Assembly: GCA_965240325.2 (NCBI GenBank)
Contig: OZ251223.1
Location: 1,116,001 to 1,180,000, forward strand
Length of the DNA stretch: 64,000 nt
Source of the DNA: Rebecca billardiae RCC1528
Taxonomy: Eukaryota; Protista; Haptophyta
Direction of reading: 5' to 3'
The notes beneath the pieces are model-generated. The model was not told the DNA's origin. It worked only from the letters and a program-made list of their open reading frames with translations, and did no database searches. Both the position numbers and the translations under genes were made by a program. Of this stretch, positions 38,064 to 51,500 are shown piece after piece (positions within the stretch are counted from its first letter, which is position 1; each line of letters starts with the position of its first letter).

Positions 38064-38685
38064 ACAGCAACAATGAACGTACACGTGTGCTGGGCACCAA
38101 TGAGGCTGCCGATGACTTCCGCCTGAGTTCTGGTCAGACTCAGACGGTCCATATTCAATCAAGCGCAAGCTGTAGCGTAGTCTTGTGGTGCTCATAATGT
38201 CGTAGCCGTACGGGACGAACTACGGGCGAAGCCTGACAGGGCCACTGACGGGCTGCCAGCCTGGCAGGGCGCCAGTGAGACTGCGTCTGCCAGCTGGCCG
38301 AGCTGGCCGACCGCGGACCCCCGTCCGCGAACTTATATAGAATGAGGATGATGAATTCGCTTACTGCTCTAATATATATCTATGTTTCGTATCTCTGTCT
38401 CAGCTGCTGCTCAGTAAGCTATAGCAGCAGCCTCCGAGACTGATCCGATGAGACGGATGACGAGTCCGTCAAGTATTATCCAGCCAGTGTATTGGCGCTA
38501 ATTGGCGCTCCGATGCGCGGCCATACTACCGCCAACTAGCTACTAGTAGCTAAGCTCAACTACTACTGTACTATACTGTAGAACATGTATTAGTTATCAA
38601 AATTATACCACTCAGTTACTCATCCGAGTTAAGTTATTCATCAGAGTCAGTCGTCCGGACCAAATCTAATCAACTGTCACGATTA

Positions 38686-38688
38686 TAC

Positions 38689-38744
<56 letters not shown>
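38686..38744. repeat. (TA)n microsatellite
   Basis: Read directly from the sequence. Confidence 0.95.
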
Positions 38745-38747
<3 letters not shown>

Positions 38748-39529
38748 GATGACGATCGCTCATCACGCGGTGATCGCCGCAGTGACTGGCGGCAGATAAT
38801 CAGTAATCTGCGCGGGTGAGAATCTGCGCCATCCCGGTGCTGCCGATCTGGCATACAGTAGCCACTGTATTAGTGAGTGTAGGAATCGGAAGGTAGCAGC
38901 GCAGTCTCTTAATTTATGACAACTAGCGCTTAGGCTTATTATTCCGGATGAGGCTAAGTTGAATGAAGTGAGCATTGAGAATTTGAGACCAGTGACAGTG
39001 TCAGGCCGATTATGATTGCGGGATATGCCGATCGATCATGGTAGTGCGCGGACCGATCATATACTATCCGATATCTAGGCCGAGCAGACTCTAGGCTCAA
39101 GGCTGCGCGGGCCACCGCTGCGTCCGCTGCCGGGGCCTGCGCGCTCGGGTCCCGGGGCTGCCGGCTGGGCTCCGGTCACTGCTCGGGGGCACCGCCACCG
39201 GCGCGGAGCAGCCAGCTCAGAGCCTCGGCTAACCGACTGCGACGACTGCGCGCAGCTGCCGTCCCGGCGAAGTCAGTAGTCACGTCGTGCCCATCCGATT
39301 ATACTAGCTATTGCCCGCCATCATATATATATATATCGTAGTAGACGACATGGATCACACGTATTCACAGTGACAGATGGACCGCCGCTCATTGCACAGT
39401 GACCTGAGTAGTGAGTCAGTGCGGCACTACAGGCTTCTGTCTAGCTGGCGCATCCGCATGGCCACTGCGACGATGTGGACGGAGTCACGCGCCAGCACCC
39501 TCTCCCAAACGAGCGGCGAGACAACCCAC

Positions 39530-42159
39530 CTAGGCCTGCGTTTCGACGGCGTCCTGCAGCATATCTTCCGTTTCGGCTGGTGTTGGTGCGGCGGCGCCGC
39601 CGTTTGCGCTGATGGCGCCGGACTCGTCCGGCCGCGTGAGCGAGATCTTGTTGAACATGTCTCCGAAGATGGCCTTCTCCTTGCGCTTCTCCTCCAGCAT
39701 GCGCTCCTTGAGCTGCTTGAGCTCCTCGCGCGCGTCGCGGTTCTTCGGGTCCAGCTTGACCACCTGCGCAGAAGCAGCACGCGTCGGGGAGGCCGGGCGG
39801 TGTGAGCAGTAACGCGCGGCGCGGGGTCGGGCGTGCACCAGTGCCCCAGAGCACGTGCGCTCTCGCGCGAGCGGTGTCGCGCAGTGCACCTTCATGAGGT
39901 CCTCCTTCGCCTCCGCCGTGTGGCCAAGACGCGCATGCCCCTGCCCACGCCTCAGCAGCCCCTTCACCGACTCGCCATCGATGCTGAGCGCCTGCGGGTG
40001 CGCGGCACGACGGTTGGGCCCAGGGCCAGGGCGCGCACGGCCGTGAGCGCGGACGGCCGAGCGCTCCGCTGTGCGCGTGGCGACGCGCGCGCGCGGATGG
40101 GTGGGCGCGGCCGCGCACCTTGTCCGCGGCGTCGATGGCGGCCTTGTGATCCCCGAGCCGCAGGTAGCACGCCGCCTGGTTCAGGTGGCACTGCAGCCGC
40201 ACCTTCTCCGCGCCCTGCCTCTGCTCGCCCTCCGCGAGCTCGTCGCCCGCGTCCTGCACAACAGCGATTGACTTCTCGTACTTGGGCAGAGCGCGCGCGT
40301 AGAGCCCCTGCGCGAAGAGCGCGTTGCCCTGCTCCTTCTTGCGCAGCTGGAGCTCGACGCGCTCGGCGGGCTCGAGGTCCCACTCGTCCTTCGCCTTCTC
40401 AAACTCCACGAGCTCCAGCCGCACCTTGAGCGCCGCGCCCACCGCGCCCGCGTCGACGGCGCGCGCCGTCGCGAGCGCGGCCGTGTAGCCCCAGTCCCCC
40501 GGCACCTCGAGCTCGACGACGGCGCCCTTGGCCATCTCGCGCACGGCGGCGTCGATCGCCGGGATCATCACGTCGTCGTCGAGCACCCACGCCGCGGGCT
40601 CGCCGCCCGTCGTGTCCTCGAGCGGCGCGCCGCCCGCCGCCGCCGACGCGAGCGAGACGGTCAGGTGCGTGCGCGCGCGCGTGCGGTCGGCCGGTCGTTC
40701 ATAGGAGCCGTCACCCGCGCCGACGATCTTCATGCGCACGGCGCCGTCGGTCTTGGGCACGGTCTTGATCTCGACCCAGCCGACCAGCTCGATCCTCACC
40801 ACAACAGCCGCGCCGCCGCCCAGCGCGCTGCCGTCCGGCTTGAGCGCCTCGCTCGAGCCCGCCGCGCACGTGAACTCCGCACACTCGTTGCGGTTCATGC
40901 CTGAGACGTGATAGAACACAGGCGGCAGCCCGGCGCTCTGCTCGTCGCCGATGACGAAGGAGAGCGGCGTCGCGGCGTCGGCGGCGGCGCCGGCGGGACG
41001 CGAGCTCTCCAGCTCGGCGCCGCCCTCCGCCGCGCGCACCGCGTAGTGCACCTGCGCCTCCCAGCCCTCATGCGGCTTTGCCCAGCCGTCGCCAACAGTC
41101 AGCTTCTTCTTGACGAGCGCCCTCGCGCCTCCGGAGAGGTCCTCGATTGTGTGCACGTGCTTCGCCTCGAGGGCGCAGGTGATCGTGGTGTCGGGCGGCA
41201 CGCCGAGCGCCGCGTCGCCCGCCGGGCCGTACGCCGCCTCGGGCGGCACGCGCAGCTCGTACCGCGAGTGCAGGTGCACCTGCTTGATGACGCGCTCCAG
41301 AAACGGAGGGAAGCCTGCGCGCGCGTTCGCGTCCGCGTCGCCGACGACGAACGGCGCGCTCGAGAGCGAGCCGTCGGAGGAGGCGACGACGGTGCCGTCG
41401 GGCAGCTTGACCTCGTACGCCACTGCGCGCGCGCGAGCGGCGCGCGCGAGGCTCACGCGTGAGCGGAGCGCGCGCGGGCGCGCGCCAGGGTTGAAGCGCG
41501 CGCGCGCCGGGCGGCGCGCGCCGGCCGCCGCGCTGCGCCGCGCTGCCGCGCGCACAGAAGGCCTCGGTGCCGTCGTCGAAGATCTCCCACGACTTGGAGT
41601 CCATCACGCTCTTGATGCTGACCAGCCCGTCGTTCGACATCTCCACCTTGCACCAGTCCACCAGCTCGAGCTCGTACTCGACCGTCGCGTCCGGCGGCAC
41701 GCCGCGCGCCGCGTCGCCGTCCGCGCCGAATGCGAGCGCAGGCGCGAGCGTGATGACCACCTTCTCATTCCGCAGCATCGTGCGCACCGCGCGCACGATG
41801 CCGCTGGGCACGGGCGCGCCCTCGCCGTCGGCCGGGAGCTCGAAGCGCAGCGGCTCCTCCGCGTGCGCCGTGTCGAACGGCGCGTCCGCCCCCTTCACCT
41901 TCGCCGTGTACTTGACGGCGACCTCGTACAGCGGCAGAGGGTTGTCGTAGCCGATCCCGGGCGTGATCAGTTTCTTGAGCACCTGGCCCGGCGTGTCCTT
42001 GCTGGGCGAGATGTCCACCTCGTCGCCGATCATGTTCTCGCCCATGTGCGAGTTCATGTCCTCGGTCACGTCGAAGTCGTCGCCTTCGAGCCCGCCGAAG
42101 TTGCCCATGTCACCCATGCCGCCAAAGTCCATCCCGCCCATCCCGCCCATCCCGCCGAG

Positions 42160-42243
<84 letters not shown>

Positions 42244-42469
42244 AGGTGGCATACCACCAGCCTCCTCCTCGTCGGAGAGTTCCAGGTCTTCCGCACGCAC
42301 TGCGCGGCGTGCCATGCGCAGCGCGCCGTTCGCGCGCACCGCACCGCGCGTGAGCGACGAGCAGATTGGGGGGGGGGGCGCAGGAGCGGACGCGCAGGGT
42401 GTGACACATGCGGTGGCTCCCTCCGCCCGGCGGCGACGCACCGTTGGAGAAGCTTGTGAGATTCGCCAT
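39530..42469 (-). CDS. Multi-FKBP + TPR peptidyl-prolyl isomerase co-chaperone (FKBP62/65, ROF1-like), spliced
   Basis: Repeated FKBP units (GQVLKKLITPG...GVPPDATVEYELEL; GVPPDTTITCALE; KKKLTVGDGWAKP; MKIVGAGDGSYERP), TPR KKEQGNALF...CHLNQAACYLRL, C-terminal EKRKEKAIFGDMF. Exon 1 MANLTSFSN splices in frame to VRAEDLE. Confidence 0.88.
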
Positions 42470-42720
42470 GCTCGCAGTGTTGTGAGTGACGACGCGACAA
42501 GCAGGCGGGCGTGCGTTCCCGGTCCGATCGACCGTCGAGACGCGCGTCTCGAGCAGCATGCGGGTAGACTGCCGTCGCCAAGGCAAGCCGTTGCGCACCT
42601 GGTTCCGGATGCAGACCCTGACCGGTCCGGCCCCGCGTTCGGGTTCGCTCAGCGCGCCGCAGCAGGGTGGCCGCCGTCCGCTGGGAGCAGCTTGCATTGG
42701 TGCCCACGCGGCGGGACCCG

Positions 42721-44574
42721 ATGCAGGAGCAGCCCAACTACTTCAGTGTGGGCGCCACGATCGTTCCGAGCGCGGCGGCCTCGTCCCCCTTCTCGCAGCA
42801 GGCCAGCTCCTCCACGCCCGCCTCGCCCTCCGCGGTGCCGGCTGACCAGCCCGGCGGGTCTCGGCCTGGGCAGGACTTCCCGGACGGCGCGCAGTCCTTC
42901 CAGGATCTGGACATATCGAGCCCGCCAACGGTGCTGGTCGCGCGATCGGACCGCGTCTCATGCCGGCAGCCGCGAGACGGCTGCCGCGAGCCTCCCCCGT
43001 CCGCGCCGCGCGCAGCTCACGGCAGTTGCCCGGCGCGCGGTGGTGCGGCCCCCGCGCGCAGGAGCTCGAGGCAGAGGCCTCCACGCCGCAGGCGGCGGAG
43101 AGTCCTTTCCAGGTGACGGTGACGGACCCCGTGCGGCAGGGCGAGGGCATGAACGCGTACATGGTGTACCACGTCAACACGAAGACCAGCCTACCGCAGT
43201 TCCAGCTCGGCGAGTTCCGCGTCGGGCGCCGGTACCGGGATTTTGACTGGCTGTTCCACCAGCTCGTGGACAAGTGGCCCGGCGTGATCGTGCCGCCGCT
43301 GCCGGAGAAGGCGATCGCCGGGCGCGTGACGGGCGTCGGCTTCACGCCCGAGTTCATCGAGTCCCGGCGCAAGGCGCTCGAGCTCTTCCTGCGGCGCGTG
43401 ACGTCGCACGCCGAGCTGCAGCAGGCGGAGTGCGTGCAGGTGTTCCTCGAGGCTTCCGAGGACGCGCTCGAGGCGGCGAAGGCGAGCTCCAAGGCGGCGT
43501 CGGGGCGGCAGGGGAACTGGGGGCAGCTCTTCTCCGAGGGCTGGCAGGGGCTGCGCTCGTACTACGGCAAGTCGCTCGGCGGGATGGGCATGAGCGGCTC
43601 GGCGGCCGAGGGCGGTGTCGACCGGCAGTGCGCCGAGCTCAAGGCGTACGTTGCGCGCGTCGAGGCGCAGCTGGGCGCGCTGCACCGCGCGGTGGAGAGG
43701 CTGGTGAAGCGGCACCGCGCCGCGAGCGCGGGGATGAACGACCTCGGCCTCGCCTTCGCGCAGCTCGGCACCAACGCCGACAACGACCTCAGCCGCGCGC
43801 TCGCGTCCAGCCTCGCCGGTGTCGGCGTCACATGCGACTCGGCTGCGCGCACGCTCGGCACGCAGGCGGACGCGGAGGCCGACGCGCTGGAGGAGCCGCT
43901 GCGGGACGCGCTTCGGCTGCTGCAGCAGTGCCGACACGCGATCCACGCGCGCGAGTACTCCTTCCACGCGTGGCAGGCCGCGTGCTCCACGCGCGACGCG
44001 CGCCGCTCGCGCGCCGCGCGCACCATCGGTGCCGACGCGGGCGACAGCAAGGCGCAGCAGATGGCGAGTGAGGTGAGCGAGGGCGAGGCGCTCGTGCGCC
44101 AGACGCAGGCGGAGTACGAACAGATCAAGGAGCGGACCAACCGCGAGATCACGCGCTTCCAGGAGGTACGCGAATCGCGCTTTGGCCCGAGCACGCTCTG
44201 GCTGGGTGGAGGACCAGCCCCCCCCCCCTCCGACCAACTGTCCGCGCCCCACCCCTGTCTGCCCCGACACCGCTCGCAGGAGGTGATGCATGACGTCAAG
44301 AGCGTCTTGTCTCAATTCGTGAGGCTGCAGACGGAGGGCACGAAGCGGGTGTGCGCCTGCACCGTGCGAAGGGGCCCGGGGGCGCGCCCTAACCGTCCCA
44401 CCGGCATCTCGCGCGTATCTCCAGCTTCCGTCCTGAGTCCATCCGCCCGCCCTCCGCCCCCGCCCCCGGGTCGTGGCGTGGTCGCGCACCGGACTTGCGC
44501 AGGAGCACGAGCTGTGGGCGCAAATGCTGCCGAAGCTCAGCCTTGAGCTGGATGGCAAGGCCTCTGGCAGGTGA
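42721..44574 (+). CDS. SNX1: Sorting nexin 1/Vps5 (PX + BAR), three inferred introns
   Basis: VTVTDPVRQGEGMNAYMVYHV, RRYRDFDWL, PGVIVPPLPEK, EFIESRRKALELFL, then BAR helices. Last exon EHELWAQMLPKL...GR* ends at 44574. Confidence 0.9.
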
Positions 44575-46064
44575 CCTCCACGCGCAGCTTTCATCCATCC
44601 GTCTGTGTAACATGTACAACAACATTCGTCGCATCATCTTCAATCACGTGGAATGGTGGTCGCCTTTTTCATGATGGTGGCCCGGGCCGGCTGGATTTGC
44701 TGGCACCCTGAAGTGTGAGAGGCCCGAGTGCAATGCGCTCAGTGCTCCGTCCGGTCCAGCTGGCTCGCGCCACTGCTCGAGGGCACCTGCTCGCCTGCTC
44801 GGGGTGCCGCACTGCTCGAGGGAACCTGCTCCGTGCTCGACTTAGTGACGACTTCGAGCGGCGAAGCATTAGCAGCGCGGCGGTTCGGCCTCGGCGCGGG
44901 CTGCGCCGCCTTTACTGCACAGCGGGACAGTCGTATTATTATTCGATCGCCCGCCAGCACAGTCCGTGGACGAGTCCGGTCTGAGGCCACTGCTGATCCT
45001 CATGCCGATCAGTAGCTACTCTGAGACTGAGTAGTGAGTAGCAGTATCAGAGTCAGAGATGCCACGAATCACGATCGCGTCGATCGTCATCAGCCCAGTA
45101 GCAGCATCAGGCTCTCTGAATCATTATCAGACTATTCAGTCTCACTCAGTCTGAGAGTAGTCAGTCTGAAACTCCTCAGCGCGGCTCTCAGTGACCGCTT
45201 TCAGTCAGACTCAGCGCCGGCTTCCGGAGCCGTGATGCCGCCGTCGTTGACGTTAGTCGAGCCGGACGCCGCGGGGCCCGCGGCCGCGGGAGCGCCGGGA
45301 GACTCGTCAGACCCAGAGACTCCGGGCTCAGCTAGTGCGCTATACGGGCAGTATAGTACTTCTTGAGCAGTACTGCTCAGTACTCCCGCGGCCTGACGTC
45401 ATCAACTGTGAAGTGTGATGACGACTCGACGACTTGATGACGACGACGACGGACGAGTCCGCAACTGATGATCGTCGTCGATGCTGAGTCGTAGATATTA
45501 TTAAGATTATTCGAATACTAATAATATAATAAATATATACTCAGCGAGTCGTTTAACTGCTCAGCATCGACGATTCGTGATTCGACGATCAGTAGACTGG
45601 CGTCGTCAGTCATTCGTCAGTCAGTCATCTGATGATAATATACTATAATCAGTTGACGACGACTATACGACTGCGGACGGAGTACAGTGCACAACAACTG
45701 CACATTCACAACGAAGTCAACGTCACTCGTCAGGCCGCGGGTATATTACGACTGAGACTCAAGTGATATGATCCGACGAACGACTGCGCAATCGGTATAG
45801 CGCACTCGCGCCGCCCCGTCAGGGTCAGCGGCGCTCAGCAGTGACTACTCAGCAGTGACTGTTAGGTGAGCGCTGGAGATAAGTCGGAGTGAGACTGCGC
45901 TCAGAGTCAGAAACGGAGCGCCGCTGTCTGCGCCGTCGCGCCATGAGAAGAGCATCATTGTAATTATTTTTGCGGCGCGCGGGCGGACCGCCATTCCGAA
46001 CTCGTTGTCGGTAGGTGTGAGTCGCGGCCGTAGGCTAGCGTACCTTCATTCATCCGAAGAGAAT

Positions 46065-48048
46065 TCATCGCAATCGTGCCCTCCTGGCGATCACGGCCGG
46101 GTGGTCTTTCAGGGCGACCTTGATGCCATAGTGCTCGATCCACATGTCCAGCATCTGCTCGTAGGGCTGCATGATCTTCTTCAGCATCTCCGCCTCCTCC
46201 GCGCTCTGTCGGCATCCGACAGTCGCGCGGCCGTGGGGCGCGCACGGGTGAGTGAGCAGGTGGCGCGAGCAGTGCTCTGCCTCGCGCACCGCATCGCGCA
46301 TCGCGCGCGCACACACCATCCCCTTGGAGAAGGACATGTGGTTGGGCCTGCGCCCGCTTTTGGACGAGCGGCACTTGCTCGCCGCCACGCGGTCGTTCAG
46401 CGCGCTGCCGTCAAAGTGCAGGCCGGTGAAGTCAGCGAAAGCCTGGACGAGGTCTTTGGCAGGGACGACGTTCATGTCCTGTGATGGGAGAAGGGTGAGC
46501 GCGACACTGCGTCAGCGCTGGGCGCGTCGCACGCTCGCACGACCAGCACCTACCTTGGCGCGCGCGCGCGCGCGCGGCGATGCTCACCTCGGACCAGATG
46601 ATGAGGAACTGCGACGCGTCGAAGAGGCGCATGAAGTTGCGGAAGCCGTTGATGTACATCCCGTTGCGCACGTACTCCATCGCCTGGCCGGTGAAGCACT
46701 TCTTGTGGTACGCGCTGAACTGGTCGTGCGGCAGCGTAAAGACGAGGCTCGGCTTGTCGAAGATCGTGGCGTTGCACCTGCGCAGCTGGGCGATCTCCAT
46801 CTGGATGCGCTTGCCGAAGTCGCGCGTGCGCTCCCAGTTCCACTTGACGAACATCGACCACTCCGAGTACGCGCGCTTCACCGGGTTGCGCAGCGTGACC
46901 ACAAACTTGAGGCGCGTCGGGTCGGGCATGTTGTCGTACAGCCGCGTCGGCGTGATCGGGTCGAAGAGGTGGTTGGGCGTGAAGTCCATGTTGACGGCGT
47001 TGGGGTGCGTGCGCTTGTCCACCCACGGCACCGCGCACTCGACCATCAGGTCGTCGTGCTTCACCACCCGCTCCCCCGGCTTCGGGCTCTGCGGCCGGCT
47101 GAACTTGAGCCGCTTGCACGCCGGGTGGATCCGGCCGCCCTCCGGCACCTGCTCCACGCGGTTCTTGGGCCGCTTGATCTGCGAGAACGGGATGTCCTCG
47201 GGGAGGTCCTGGTAGCACAGCCGCTCGACGTCGGAGGGCTTGTGGCACATGCGCGCGTTGCGCTGCCAGTAGTACAGCGGCGTCGGCATGCCCGCGTACC
47301 AGCGCATGCCCTTGTGCGGGAAGTGGATCGCGTCCTCACCCTTCCCGCCGCCCCAGAAGAAGTACTCCTTGCGCTCGGCGCGGCAGCCGCCCGGCACGAT
47401 GCGGTAGCCCTTGAGCACGTACTTGCGGTTGTGGCACTTCGCCGGGGTCCACGCGTCCACCTTGTTCGCGCCGCACACGAGCGACGGGTCGAAGATCTTG
47501 GAGGTGCACTCCCAGAGGAAGGTCGTGCCGGTCTTGGCGCAGCACGGCACAAACACCTCCGGCAGCAGCGGCGTGGACGACGCGTTCGACATGATGTGCT
47601 GCAGCGTGGTGGGCGGGTCGGGCTCGCGCGGCAGCAGCGAGCGCTCGAGCGGGAGCTGCTCGAGCTGCGGCACCAGGAGCCGGAACGGGTTGATGTACGG
47701 CGCTTTGTTGGCGCCCACGCCGGTTTTGGGCACGATCGACGCATTAGCGTACGCGGCACGTGCCGGCGCGGCGCGTGGCGATGGCGCCTGGTACGCGACG
47801 GTACGCGGCGTGGCCGGCGTGGCCGGCGTAGCTGGGGCGGCGCTGGACGCGCTCGCGTCCACGCTGACGCCCGCCGGGCGGTCAAACGGTCGGGGCCCCG
47901 CGGCGGGTGCAGTGGCGTCTGTGCCGTCCAGCAGCACCGGGGCTGCCTGCGTCGGCCACACGTCGCCGCGGAGCTGGCCCCCGGCGAGGAGCCCAACAAT
48001 GAAGAAGAAGACGAGGGTGACAACTGTCGCCGGGTCGATACGGGCCAT
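46065..48048 (-). CDS. Type II membrane (Golgi-type) sulfotransferase, HS3ST/CHST15-like, two 3' introns
   Basis: N-terminal TM, 5'-PSB AKTGTTFLW, KEYFFW, DFTPNHL, 3'-PB VTLRNPVKRAYSEW. An upstream exon is possible. Confidence 0.85.
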
Positions 48049-48551
48049 GTCTCCACGGGTGACCTGCGCTACTTGGCGCCACGCGCACGCACGACGTGAT
48101 CGAACAGGGAGCGTGCAGTGCCGCCACCCTGCGCCGTCGCTCTGCGCAGCAGAAAAGTCCGGTCGTCGCCCGAAGTCCATTGCCGCCGGGTTGGCGCGGG
48201 TTCCACGCACGATGGCGAGCGACTCCCGGCTATGACCGGTGGCTTGGAACCTCGTCGACGTCGTGGCCTCTCCAGCGACTGTCTCGCCTGCTCCTCTGCC
48301 TATGCAGCTTGACCAAGGCTGAATCTGAGCAGCATACTCTGAACTCGAACAGCTGTCGTCGTCACGAACATGGGAGACTTCACCACCACGCGGCACATTG
48401 GCTGCCCGCCCGGACGCGCGGATCAGGCAGTTGGTAGTCGACTGAAGTCCCTCGTCTACCGAGTTGACGGATTCAGTGGTCACCGTCCGCACTGGCGTCA
48501 CGTTGGGCAAAGAGCGTATCATCACGGACACGGGCATGCTGTGCTTCTTGA

Positions 48552-51500
48552 TCACCACCCGAAGATGCGCGCGACGAGGAGGTAGACGTGGCCGCCCTTT
48601 CGCGCCTCCCTCTGGATGAGATGGCGCGCGTTCTCCCACTCCTGCGTGCGAGCGCCGCGAGAGGGCAGGGCGCGTGAGATGGCCGTCCCGGGTCGGCTCG
48701 CATAGTCGCGGACTGCCCACCCGTGGCGTGCGCGCGTCCCCGCGCACCCGGCCGGACGCGCGCGCGGCAGCCTACCTCGCGCGCGTACTCCTCGTAGCTG
48801 CCGATCATGTATCGACACGGACCGTCCTTGTACCCGAAGTGGGAGCCGCTGCACGTGGCACCGTTCCGACGCGAGGATCGCTCGCGCCGCGGGTTGGAGC
48901 GCGAGCTGTTGGCGTGGAAGCACTGCGTGCACGTCCACGAGCAGTGCGCCGACGAGTCCTCTGCGCGCAGCTCGGCAGCGCGCTCCTCGATCCACACGTC
49001 CTCAGGCGTCTCGGAGGGCACCTTGAATTGCGCAAACTCGTCGTCGAGCGAGCGCTCGCTGAGGAAGCGCGTGAGCTCGGAGGCGCGCGAGGAGACACCC
49101 GCCGGGCGCAGCGCCGTCGTCGCGTGCAGCGGAATAAAAGCGGTATTTGCGGCGATCATCGCGTGTGCGCCGAGGTCGCCCTGGCCGATGAGCCGCCACG
49201 ACGCTCCTCCGGACTCCGGCTTGGACCAGCCGGCGTCATCGCGCAGGCCCTTGTAGCTCTGGACGAGGCGCGGCGCGGCGGGCAGCGTGCCCTTCTTCAG
49301 GCCAAGATCCACCTTGAAGTGCCACTGCGTGAGCTCCACGTCTTTGGCATCGGGCAGGAGCCCAAGAATCCGGTCACCCTGCTTCAAGCCGCGCGCCTCC
49401 CCCTGCCCGTCGGCCTCGATCACGCCGTGCGAGTGCGCGCTGAGCTGGAGCAGCTCGCGGGCGGCTTGGGCCTTGACACGCACGAGCAGCTTGGGCGTCC
49501 ACCACACCGGCCCGATCGCGGGCACGTCCGACCACATCGAGCAGCTCGTGCGCGCAAAGTTCTCCTCGCTCATGCGGAGGCCGTACTTGAGCTCGGCGAG
49601 AGGCACAGTGGACGGCACGAGCAGGCCGCCCAGGCTCGTGCCGTCGGCTGTGGTCACGAGCTTGACGGAGAGCCGCTCGCCGAGGCACGCGGAGATGCGC
49701 GTCCAGAGCTTGAACACCTGCGCGGACGAATGCAGGCACGCGTGCGTTTGAGCGTGGTCGCAAGGGCAGCGCGGCGAGGTGAGTGAGTACTCGGCCCAGA
49801 GCGCGGCGGGACGGCGCGACGCGGGGCGCGGGCGATGGTGCTGGGCGCGTTGGCGGCGCACCGAGCCGTGCAGCAGGTGCAGCGAGCGCAAGTGCAGCTT
49901 CTGCGCCCGCGCGCCGCGGAGAAAGGCGTCCCAGCGCGCCTCGACGAGCTTGCGCAGCTGCTGGTTATGCTCCACGTCGAGGCACAGCCACTCGCGCACG
50001 AGCTGCGCCTCGCGCACGGCACTTGAGGCCGCCTGGTTGTGTGGCAGCACGAGCCGCGCCGTGCGACCTCCTGCAGGTGTGGGCTGCTTGAAGAGCGCGA
50101 GGCCGAGCTGGCGGGTCTCGCGCTGGACGAGGAAGCCAGCCTGCAGCCCACCCGCAAGCCAGCGCTGGCGCAGCGCCTCCGCCTCCGCGTAGCCGATCGA
50201 CTGGTCGACCTCGACGCAGAGCAACTCGACATGCCCGCGCGCTTCGGCGGCGCTCGCGGAGAGCTGCTCGCGGCTCACGACGCGCAGCGCGGACGAGTTC
50301 AGCCGCTCGAGCCCGACGCCGTCGGCCGCTGAGCGCGAGTCAGTGCCGGCACGTGCGGCGAGGAGCTCGACGAGCCGCGGCTGCTCGCTGATCGGCAGCA
50401 CCAGCGCGCTGTTGAGGAAAGCGTCGACGGTGCTCACGCCACCAAACGCCGGCTGCAGCGCCATCTCGCCGTGCTTGGCGCGCAGGGCGTCCAGCCACGC
50501 GCCGAGCTCGCGCTCGCGCTCGCGGGAGGGCTGGGCGCCAGCTGGCGCGAGCTTCAGGACGTCGCTGACGAACGTGGAGATCTCGCGCGGCGTGAGCGAG
50601 TGCAGCGCCGCGCCGCCGTCGCTCACGCCCCACAGCCCAGTCTCGCCCGCGGCCGCGCGCCGGTCGCCTTTGGTGAGCGCGCCGAGCGACTGCAGCCGGC
50701 GCGAGATGGCGCCGGCGACGCGCATCTCCACTGCGCACGAGCTGGTGAGCAGCACGTACTCGGGCGGCGTTGCCTGGTTGGTGCGGTGCGTGCGGCCAAA
50801 GGACTGCACCACGCGCGAGGCCGACCAGCCAAGCTCGGCGCAGATGTGCACGCGGCGCTGCTGGTTGGGCGCGCGCTTGTCCGCGTGGAGCGATGCACCC
50901 GTCGCGCCCGCGTCGGTGATGATGGCGATGCGCTTGGCGCCCGACTGGAAGGCGTGACGCTCGGCGAGGTTGATCGACTCCGCGTCGGCCGCCTTCCCAC
51001 GGCGCGCCCCGGCGCCCTCGACTGCGCGTCCGCGCAGCACGAAGCCACCGTTCCCGCCGCCCGCCTTCAGCAGCCGCTTGGTCCGGCCAGACATCTCGGC
51101 GACGTGCTCGGGCCCAAAGTAGTTGACCAGCTCATCGAGGCAGCCGGCGGGCAGCGGGATGGCGGCGAGCTCGTCGGCGAGGCTGTCGATCCGCGTGCCA
51201 AGGCCGCGATCGCGCAGCATCGTGAGCACACCCTCGCAGATCTCTCGTGCGGTGGACACGAGCGCGTCCACCGCGACCTCGCCGCCGATCGCGCGGCGCG
51301 TGGACTCATCGCCGGTCGAGAAGAGGCAGATGACCACCGAATGGCCCGCGCGCAGCGCGCGCCGCGTGAGCGCCTTGATGGTCGGCGCCTTGAGCGAGAG
51401 GAGGAGCTGCTCGAACGTGCGCCCAAGCGCGCGCGTGAGGGCGCCGCGCTGCACCTTCACGCCGCCACCACCGGCGCCCACACTCGCATTGTGGGCGTCG

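Noticed and set aside
38312-38340. Hairpin cgcggac-cccc-gtccgcg as a Helitron 3' end
   Set aside because: No CTRR terminus and no matching 5' end found.
44770-44840. Two copies of cactgctcgaggg(c/a)acctgctc
   Set aside because: A short local duplication with no evidence of function.
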